DNA of 64,000 nt from Diplonema japonicum (Eukaryota > Protista > Euglenozoa: Diplonemea). Positions 55,043 through 64,000 of the stretch are shown here, one piece after another. The position numbers and the translations under genes are program-made. The stretch is from assembly GCA_964019335.1 (NCBI GenBank), contig OZ025734.1, forward strand, positions 124,001 through 188,000, read 5' to 3'. Numbering within the stretch: the stretch's first letter is position 1; the number at the start of each line of letters is the position of its first letter. Below the pieces are notes generated by a model, which saw only the letters and a list, made by a program, of their open reading frames with translations, searched no databases and was not told where the DNA came from.

Positions 55043-56757
55043 TCATCCCTCTATAGGGCACAGCATGTTTAAAAGGGCGTTCCACAGCATGTGGGAGACA
55101 CCGCCGTTCCACTTCCATTCTTTGACTCGGCGGTTGCGAACCTTGGCTTGTTTGTGGCCTTTTTCGGCGGCGTTGTGGAGGCCATCCCACGCGCCTTCCT
55201 CTTTCGGGGCGGTGATGGGGGTTGAGTTGAAACTTTCGAAACCGAGTGGTGCGAGGTGGGACAGCGCAATAGCATCCCACCTTGCAGCCCGGGTGGCGGT
55301 CATACCCCGCGTGGCGTAATGAACCTGCGGTGCTCCGAGCCATATCTTCCTCATTGGGGCAACCGGTGGTCGTTTAGTGAGTTCTTCTGCGAAGTACCGC
55401 ATGAAATAGTCCCAAGCAGTGTCATTGCACATCCCGATCATGTGCATCATGCCGAAGTTTACGGCTAGTGCGACGGGTTTATCGTTGTGGATTTTATCCA
55501 CGACGACTTTGACAACGCTCTTTGCGTATTCTTTTGAGTACGCCTCACCCTTGATGATCATGTGCCAGTGCTCACATCGAAAACCTGCTTCTGTATGCGT
55601 GTAAAAAATCCTGCAATTCTGAACGTACTCCCTTGCTATGGAGTCCCCCACGAAGCCGATGACACCCTGTCGATCGAAGCAGAATTTTTGCGGCCCGTTC
55701 GGGGGTGCGTATAAATGGTAATGACATTGAGTCGGAGCCCACAGGTGGTCAACATTGTACCCATAAGAATCCGACAACCACCAAGGATGTCCTGAACAGT
55801 ACGGTTGCGGGGTTTGACACATCTGGTTGTTGAAGGTAACCCACCTTCCCCTTGTGTAATTCCCGTTTCTGCACAACGGTGTCCCGGTTTTGTTCAAAGG
55901 GTGTAGGGGTTCGCCGGAGATGGCTACCTTGAAGGGGGAACCGTCGATGTGACGGTGAGAAGCGCACGTTTTATGCCGCACGTACAGTTTTCTGCCATCA
56001 ATCCGAACACGGCCTCTGTCCACGCCCAGCGAGATTGCCTTGCGTGCGTCTTCGCTGCTACCATTGAGATGTGCCATTTTTATATGGAGCTCATAGTCAC
56101 CTGGTTCGTATGCCATGAAGGTGATATCAAAGGCGCACTCATTTTGCCGTTTTACCACCTCCGCTGGTACTATCGTCGGTCCTGTCAGCCTTGCTACAAA
56201 ATGAACGTCTGAACAGTGATTCGGGGATTCCGCACAGTTATGCAGCGACACCGTGCATGGTGTCAGAGTGGTGGTGTTTTGTAAACCGCTTCCTGTTGCG
56301 TGCCAGAGCTGTGAGGGGGGTATTCTTTTTTTTTTTTTTTTTTTAAATATCATACGTCATTTCCCCCGGTGAGGTTCCACAACAGGTATTTTCCGCAGAA
56401 TGCATCGCCCTCATGAAACCTTCCAGGGAGGTCGTACTTTGGCGGTGCAGAGAAGTTGACCCCTGAGAGGGCCTTGGTGTATTCTTTGGTGAAGGTCTCT
56501 CTGTGGAGAGTACAGGCTTTGGTTGTGGGCCGGACTTGTTCCGTGATGGGGTAGTTCGAATTTTCGTATGTGTTGGTACGGGGTTGGGGTCGGGGCGTGA
56601 GCAGCACTTTTTCTTCCTTTAGCTTACTGCCCGGCGTTTTCACCGGTTGCTGAGCCTCTCCTTGGTTTGTGTCGTCCCGCGTCTCCCAGCCCACTAGCGC
56701 TCCGCACGTCAGGATTACCCATGCTACTACTGTTATTAAATATTTAAGTTTCATCAT
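55043..56757 (-). CDS. Type II membrane protein with Ig/filamin-like and SGNH (NXPE/PC-esterase-like) domains, 2 exons (intron 56309-56355)
   Basis: N-terminal TM (YLITVVAWVILTCGALVG), EPGDYELHI..HIDGSPFKV, FVGDS and DGLH motifs. Splicing gives GGND|LWHATG. Confidence 0.78.
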
Positions 56758-58005
56758 TTTATTTATTTTCTTCTTCCTTTTTTTTTTTTGCCCGCCCCCC
56801 TCCCCCTCCCTCTTTATAGGTTGGTGTTTTTTTTTTTTAATTGGGGAAGGACAGAAAATAAAAAAAAATGAAATAAAAAAAAAAAGAAAACAAAAAAAAA
56901 TGTGAGGAGAGAACATGAAAAAATTAAGGGGGATGTGGAGTAATAAAGAGGAAAAAAAGGGGGGGAAGGGAGATAGAGACAAAAAATGGTTGGGGGGGGG
57001 GGGGGTCATTATAGAAGTAAAAAAAAAAGAGGGAGAGAAATGAAGAAAGTCTAGAAGAAAACAAAAAAAAAAGGAAAAGAGAGAGAAAATGCAGAGAATG
57101 CGAAATACCCAAAGGGAAAAAAAAAAAAAAAAAAAAAAAAAAGGGAGCAATTTTCTTTTTTGTTTCACCCTTCTTCTTTCGCGCTGGGCTTCTGCTAGGG
57201 AGCCATAAATACTGCTTTTTGAACACATAATGGGTTGCCCCTTTGGTGCTTGAATGCAGCGATAGCTACCCATGTGCAACATCTTCGCTTTTTTTTTTTT
57301 CATAAAAAAAGAAAGAAAGAAGAACCAGTAAAGAAAAAAAAGGAGGGGGGAATCCAAAGGAAATTGAAAAATTGTGTAAGAAAAGAAAAGAGGGGAGGGG
57401 GGAAGAAAGGAATACCAACTATGATGGATAAGGGCGTGAAAGGAAGTCCCCCTCCACCAAAAAAAAAAAAAGAAATGCATACAGCACCAAGGTCGAAGCT
57501 TCGCTTGCAAAATATTTCTTTGCTGGCGGCCCCAAAAAATTCATTTGGGGCCCCACTTGGCGAAGTCCTGACAAGAAGGTGAGACAAGACAATGAAAAAA
57601 TATGGTTTCACCCATTGGAAAAAAAAAAGAAGAGAAGAAAAAAAAAAGAAAAAAAAAAAGTACAGCTCCGAGTGTACCATAAAGTACAGGGGGGGGCATC
57701 TTTTTTTTTTTTTGTAATTTATTTATTTTCTGGATTCCCTCTAAAGTACCTGCCACTTGCAACATTACTTCAGGCACCATTGGGTCGGGGTTTTGCCATT
57801 TCAGCCATAGATGGCATCTGCGGTGAGATCATCGCAGTGAGTTCAACGAGTCCAGTGCATCCGCACTGGCATGATAATGTAGTTTGATTATAGCTGCCTG
57901 AACCATACCATGTAGCTGGCCCAGGTGGACATCCTGGCTTTGAGGGGGGGTTTGGGAGTACCATCGGGAACCAGAAAATAAATAAAAATTTACGTGTCCG
58001 TGAAT

Positions 58006-58140
58006 TAAAGTGGACTTTACTCTTTCCCTTGGTTGATAAATCTGTTCCTCGGAAATCTGATCTTTCACGAGCGAAGCGAGGGAAAAAAAATCACCTCCTC
58101 GGGACAGATTATCAGCCGCGGGGAAATAAAGTCCACTTTA
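58006..58140. mobile_element. Fold-back (palindromic) element with a central CGAGCGAAGCGAG motif
   Basis: taaagtggacttta/taaagtccacttta ends and gataaatctgttcc/ggacagattatc arms. Confidence 0.7.
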
Positions 58141-58570
58141 TTTTTTTTTTTTTTTCATAAAGCAATAGTTTTTTTTTTTTTTTTTTTTTTTATTAATGCG
58201 ATCCATGTTAGCCTTTTAAGTGGTCTTTTTGTGCTTTGGTGACAGCCGGCCAGGTTGGTCTTATTCTTGTTTCCCTGAGACCATGCTGCCCCTGAAGAAA
58301 AGAAAAAAGTGCTTCATAGCTCCCCCCCCCTCCCTAGCACTCTGCTTTGAAAGATTAGGTTATGAAATTATAGCCTGATTTTCACCATGTAGGGGAGAGG
58401 GAGGAGGGGTTTTTTTTTTTTTCCTTCTTTTTTTTTTTTTTTTTCCCTTTTTTTTTTAACTCGCTTGCGCGCGCTCGTAAAGTTTAAAAAAGAAAAAAAA
58501 GGGGGGGGGGAACCCGATTCAACTGTCTAATTTACATAAAAATTATTTTTCTTTTTGTTTTATGTTTTAT

Positions 58571-58603
<33 letters not shown>

Positions 58604-59087
58604 TTTTCTTCAAGAAGGGAGAGGGAATAAAAAAAACAAAAACAAGTTACTCGGAAGCCGCTGCGGGCACTGAAATATTTTCTTCGTCAAGGGCTGAGCA
58701 CCACCAAGTCAAGCACCCAGTATTGTGAACCACGTACTGGACCCGTTGCTTATGGCATGTCAGGACACATTGACAAATATATTATTTGGGATAGGGGGGG
58801 GAGAGAGAGAGAGAAAAAAAAACATTTCCAAGAGATTTCTTTCTTCTCTTTTCCCCCTTTTTTTTTTTTACCCGTAAGTAACACGTCTTTCTTTTTTTTG
58901 AGAGGGGTTTTTTTTTTTGATCCGGTAAAAGAATTTGGGCGGGGTTTAGGGCTGCTTTTTTTTTTTTCTTTTTTTTTTTTTTTTCGTAACGCATAACTAC
59001 TACAATAACAAGTTTTTTTCTCATTATATAAAAAAGAGAGTCGGTTTTTTTTTTTAGCTTTTCTTTTTTTTATTTCACTCTTCAGAA

Positions 59088-59178
59088 ATTACTTCACGCA
59101 CTGGGGGGCCCATTATTTCACGCTAAATCTATTACTTCACGTGAATGAAATAATGGCCTGTTTTCCGTGAAGTAATAG
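59088..59178. repeat. Palindromic cluster of ATTA(C/T)TTCACG motifs
   Basis: attacttcacg twice and attatttcacg once, facing tgaaataat and cgtgaagtaat. Confidence 0.65.
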
Positions 59179-59208
59179 GGGGTTTCCGTTAAATAATATG
59201 CCTCGGTA

Positions 59209-59352
59209 GGCCAATTTTTGCCTCGGTTCGGTTCCCAGTGGGGCTACTTTTTCCTCTCAGTTTGCTATTTCCCCCCAGGTTCAGCTCAATTGGCCAACTT
59301 TTGCCTCGGCTCAGTTCCAAGTTGGACTACTTTTTCCTCCCAATTTGCCCAC
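59209..59352. repeat. Two-copy degenerate tandem repeat (about 83-nt period)
   Basis: ggccaa(t/c)ttttgcctcgg..ctactttttcctc occurs twice. Confidence 0.7.
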
Positions 59353-59660
59353 TTTTGGCTAGGCCTTGTTCCCAGTTTCTGTGGGTAAGGGTAACTTAGT
59401 CAGCTTACCCAAGCACCCCAAAAGACTTCAAAATACCGAAGCAGCAGAAAAAAAGGAGCCAGCGGCCGCGCTAGGTATGGGAAGGCCTGATTAGAGATGG
59501 TGACAGTGGCAATGCCAGCGACAGCGGCAGCTCTTAGTCAACAAAAGGAAGAAAAACAACTTGTATTGTAACCTTTGTAATCCCTCTCTTGTTGTACCCC
59601 TTGTCACCCTGTTGTGCCCCTCGTGGTGAAGTAATTTCAGAGTGTCGCGAAATAAAACCA

Positions 59661-59795
59661 CTTACCTACCGCCAAGTAATGCTTTACCGACCTCTCGGTT
59701 CCGCATTTTACCATCTCGGGCCCTGCGGGCCCTCGACGGTAAAATGCGGAACCTCGAGGCAACAGTCATTACTTGTTGGCAGTAAATAGCTATTG
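59661..59795. mobile_element. Fold-back element with a GC-rich centre; right arm also present at about 12108-12160
   Basis: ggttccgcattttacc/ggtaaaatgcggaacc arms around ctcgggccctgcgggccctcg. ttggcagtaaatagctatt is shared with the 12.1-kb site. Confidence 0.7.
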
Positions 59796-59969
59796 TTTGA
59801 GCACACGGTATAAATCCTGCGATTTTTACCACCGCTTCTCTTGTTAAATTCAAAAAAAAAGGGAGGGGGGGAGCGCGTTATTCCTTGTTTGCGTGCAACG
59901 ATTACCTAAGACTTTGTTCCTGATAAAAATATTATTTTTGTAATATACTACAACAGTGGTTCTCATTTG

Positions 59970-60010
<41 letters not shown>

Positions 60011-60995
60011 AAAGCACCCTAACCCAACCTTTTAGCTAAATTTTGGATCGGTATAAGAAAAGAAGAAAAAAAAAAAGGGGAAAAAAAAAAAAAAAACGAA
60101 GAAATAGGGGAGGGATAATATGAACATGCCGCGAAGCAAAAAAAAAAGGGGGGGGAAAAAAAAAGAAAAGGAGATGGGAACAATAACGTTTGTAAGAAGG
60201 TAAAAAAGAAGAAAAAAAATGCATAATGCGGGACTGTAAAACGAGCTTTTTCGTCTTAAGAAAAGAAAAAGTTGACGAAAAAAAAGACAAAAGTAAAGGA
60301 GCCTTTGGAACGTCCTCTTGTCTTCTACCCCTTCGGGGCCTCGGTTTTTTCATTCTTTCTTTCTTTTTTTTTTTTTGGTCGGCTGTAAGGCCAAATCTTA
60401 CGTCATCACCTCATGCTGTTCTCGCCCAGTTTCATAAGGGGAAAAAAAGAAGAAGAAGAAGAAGAAAAAATGAAGATCTCGATCCTTGAAGGGAAGATTT
60501 CATTTTTTTTTTCTTCCTTTCTGGCCGTGCCGGGCTTGGAGAAGAGTAAGCCTGTAAACACGTTGCCAACGTTCCCCGTTTTTGTTTAGACAAGTCAAAA
60601 ACTCGTTGCAAAAAAAAAAAAAAATTAACACAACCCCACCCTTAATTCTTTTTCTGATAAAAAAAAATATGATCTGCAAAAAAAAAAAAAAAAAAAAAAA
60701 AATAGACTCGCGAGAGACCTAGGCCCGAAGACTAGGTCTTGCTGCCCTGCTACGCCCTCCCCCCTCCCCCCCAAAGAAAAACAGGAACAAAAACCCCTGG
60801 GAAGTATTTTGCAGGTAGTTTCTTGCACTCTTTTAAATTTTCAAGAGAGGAAGAAAAAAAAAAAGAAAAGAAAATCACATTTCTTTTTTTTTTTTTTTTT
60901 TGCTACCGTTGCTCCTCCCCACCGGGGGAAAAAAAAAAGAGAAAAAAAAAAAAAAAGGCTATTATACGACAGTGGAAGAGAGGAAGTCAAGTGTG

Positions 60996-61030
<35 letters not shown>

Positions 61031-61201
61031 GAAATCAAGAACTTATAAGAAGAAGAAAAAAGAAAAAGAAAACGTAGTTTTTCTTTTTCTTTTTTTTTCT
61101 TTTCTTTTCTTTTGGGTCCCATAGAATGGAAAAGAAGAAAAAGAAAAAAAAAGTACTAATGTAGCTAGGAAGAAAAAAAAAAGTATGGGAGAGTACAGAA
61201 T

Positions 61202-61258
<57 letters not shown>

Positions 61259-62073
61259 AGAAGAAAAAAAGAAATAAATTGTGATGGCTCTCCCCTTAAG
61301 AAAGGGGAGGAATTTTCTTTTTTTTTTTGTTGGTTTCTTGTAACGCTGCATGCCCCCCCCCCCCTCCCCCCCAGAAAAATATAACATTAGCTTAAAAAAA
61401 ACCTTTTTTTTCAAATCTTTTGAAATGGTATCCTCCCCCGTTTTACCCTCCCCCCTCTGCACCCGTAAAGCTTCCCCGGTCCTCAAAGTGCACACAAATT
61501 TCTATAAAAAAAAAAAAAAAAAGAGGAAAAGAGATCACTTTGTTTTCTTTTCGGTATGGTAGCTTGAGGGCGTACCTCCTTCACTGGAAAAAAAAATATA
61601 TAAAAAAAAAAAGAAAACTGCAGCCCTTAAAGGGGTGGGGGTGGGGGAGAAACGGAAAAGGACACTTTTGTACCCTTTTTTTTGTATTTCATCCTGCCCG
61701 CACCCATGTCCCTTTTTTTTTCTTTTTTTTCTTTTTTTTTTTCTTTTCCCCCTTTTTGTTCTCTTCCCCGTCTTTTTTTTTTACCCCCCTCTTCTTCCCT
61801 TCTTCTGGTTGACGGAGGGGGCTTTCTATCCAGCCCGCTTTCTCCCCCAGATTCTTTTTTTCAAATTTATTTGATTGCTTGTTGCTGGGGGGGAGGAGGG
61901 GGAAAAAAAAAAAGAAGAAATACAAAAATCAGAGTCTGTCTGTCCACATCTTTTGGCCTCAATTGGCTTAAAATGGGTGCGGGAGATGACACAATGAAAT
62001 ATTTTTATCACTCCAGTCCGTTTTTCTTTGTACACTGGGAGTGCAAGCAATATGTTGCCGAATCTGAATTTAA

Positions 62074-62165
62074 TACCGTAAAAAGGAAAAAGAATTACCG
62101 GAAGGAAAAATCATCACACCAGTCGGAGGTGTTTTTTTCCTTCCGGTGATTATCGACCTTTAGTA
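62074..62165. mobile_element. Degenerate MITE related to the pogo-like TIR
   Basis: aattaccggaaggaaaaa / tttttccttccggtgatt inverted repeat, similar to atcaccggaag in the TIR. Confidence 0.55.
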
Positions 62166-63220
62166 TCTTAATTTTCTTTTTCACTTCCTATCCTTGAAAA
62201 CCTGGCTCGAGTTATATAAAATATTAAAAAGAAAAAAAAATTCCCTTATTTTATGCCAGCGTTTACTTTCGAGGCCTCCCCATTTCTTTTTTTTTATTAT
62301 TTATTCGAGACACAGAACAGCGTTACTGCGACGGGTGGGGGGGAGTGGGGGGAAAAAATAGAACAAGGGAGAATAAAAAAAAAAAAAAAAAAAAAAAAAG
62401 AAAACTCGATAAAATTTCAGTGTGCATGGGGGTGCGGAAGTAGAAAAGAAAAAAAAAATTTTTTTTTGCACCAAATCAAACACACACAAAAAAATATTTC
62501 AAAAAAAAAAAACTTCTTTTTTTTTCTTGCTCCCCCCCCCTTGCTGTTCCCAAACCATGTCTCTTTCTCTTTCAATCTTTTTTTTTTTTTTGTATCCTCC
62601 CTTTTTTTTTTTTTTTTTTTCTTGTCCAGAAGAGACGTGGGCTTGGGTTTGCTTTTTTCGGGGGGTAAAAAGAAAAAAGTGGGGGTATAAACATCAAAAA
62701 GAAAAAAAAAGAAGAAGAAGTAGAAGAAGAAGAGCGCCTTGGTGGAGTGGGCCCAAAGAAACCCTGCCACAAAGGCAAAGAACAGGGAAATGTTGCCTAT
62801 CGAGCGATCGAGAGAAAATCGTCAGCAGGGGAAGGAACATGAGGGGGAGTAAAGGGAAGAGAGGTAAAAAAAAAAATAATAAAAATAATAAAAATAAAAC
62901 AATAAGAGAGAGAGAGAGAGAGACTCTTTAAGAAAAAGAAGCCTGCTTCCCTCAATGAAATAAAATAACAATTTTTTTTTTTTTCTTTTTTGCAGTGAGC
63001 ATTAGTCTCCTCCTAGATGATGCAAATTGCTTTTATATAACCCCAGTCAGATTTTCAAACTGTGGAACAGTTAGATTTCAGAAGAAAAACAGGTGCAGGA
63101 ATGAAAACTACTTTATGAGTGAGTATAAAGTACTTTATCACCGCACAGCAAAGGGTTCGTGAGTGTTTACCGCATCCCCACACTTTCGAATCTGGCTGAC
63201 GTTAAATAAAAACAAACGGA

Positions 63221-63367
63221 TTTAGTGAAAATAGATCCGATTGTCACTTGTGGTGGCATGCTTAATTCGTTGATGTTACTTCACTCGCTTCGCTCGTGAA
63301 GTCATATACCCACTCGTTAAACCATTGCCCCCACGCGTGAAAAGCATACAATCTTATTTTCACTAAA
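63221..63367. mobile_element. Fold-back element with a central ttcactcgcttcgctcgtgaa hairpin
   Basis: tttagtgaaaata / tattttcactaaa ends. The centre is nearly the reverse complement of the 58-kb centre. Confidence 0.7.
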
Positions 63368-64000
63368 TAAAATAGTTATTTTTTTTTTCTTTTTTTATTC
63401 TTTTTTTTTTTTTTTTTTTTTTTTTTTTCCCCCGGAGAATTTTTTCCCACGTAGGGTTCTTTTTCTTCTTCTTTCCACTTCAGTCTTTTTTTTTTTTTTT
63501 TTTTTTTTTCTTTTTTTTTTTTAAATTCGGTTCACTACAAGGGTCGGGAGGGATTAAAAGCCTTAGTAAAGTTTGAGCTGAAGAAAGCAAATTGAACAAA
63601 AGTTGCCTCGACCCCTTTTCATCCCTCCCTACTTTTTCTTTCCGTCACATAGATAATATAGAGGAACCTGACCCTTATTAGTCCGTGCCCAAGTTAGAAA
63701 CCTGGAGGAGTTTATAAACTCGTAGGCACGTGTCACTGTTCCCCTTTATTGATAGACAAGTCAAAGACTCGTTCCTGCAAAAGTTTTTCGTTCTTTTTTT
63801 TTTTTTCCTTCCTTTTTTTTTTTCTCGTTCTGTATACTTCCCCCCCCCTAAAATCAGCAAAAAAAAAAAGAACTATTTATTTATTTTTAGAAAAAAAAGA
63901 AAAAAAAAAAAAAAAGGAAAGTAAGGATTAGTATTTCCTGCCTTTCAACCAAAACCAAAGAAAAATGAAATATAAAAAAATAAAAAATAAAACTGAGGGG

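Noticed and set aside
15410-56355. Non-canonical (non-GT-AG) euglenozoan introns
   Set aside because: Every interruption I examined could be resolved with in-phase GT-AG borders.

Overview
Eukaryotic nuclear DNA from a protist, most likely a diplonemid-type euglenozoan. This is inferred from EFL in place of EF1A, a single-strand gene cluster, AGA-box-like RNAs and many short GT-AG introns. About 19 intact host genes are present and all lie on the minus strand, often only 125-200 nt apart: VPS13 (5' part), a multi-C2 protein, a Ser/Thr kinase, coiled-coil proteins, an UNC-93-like MFS, a JmjC protein, a degenerate creatine-kinase-like protein, a GT-A-like protein, CstF-64, a PPR protein, a D/D-globin-globin-EF-hand protein, EFL, a degenerate SNF2, a Zn-finger pseudokinase and an SGNH/NXPE-like protein. 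I reconstructed 20 GT-AG introns (36-123 nt) by hand. Many end in a poly(A) run directly against the acceptor AG instead of a polypyrimidine tract, and many start codons have near-pure A leaders. Non-coding content includes a small snoRNA cluster at 34.8-35.3 kb with a C/D guide matching the conserved LSU site AGUCUAAC. Mobile and rearranged DNA includes a non-LTR retroelement fragment with a locally templated inverted cap, a mosaic duplication of CstF-64, a TE-rich island at 37.7-45.2 kb (pogo-like TIR element, LRR and ankyrin pseudogenes) and several families of short palindromic elements. No database searches were run, and homopolymer lengths may be affected by sequencing error.
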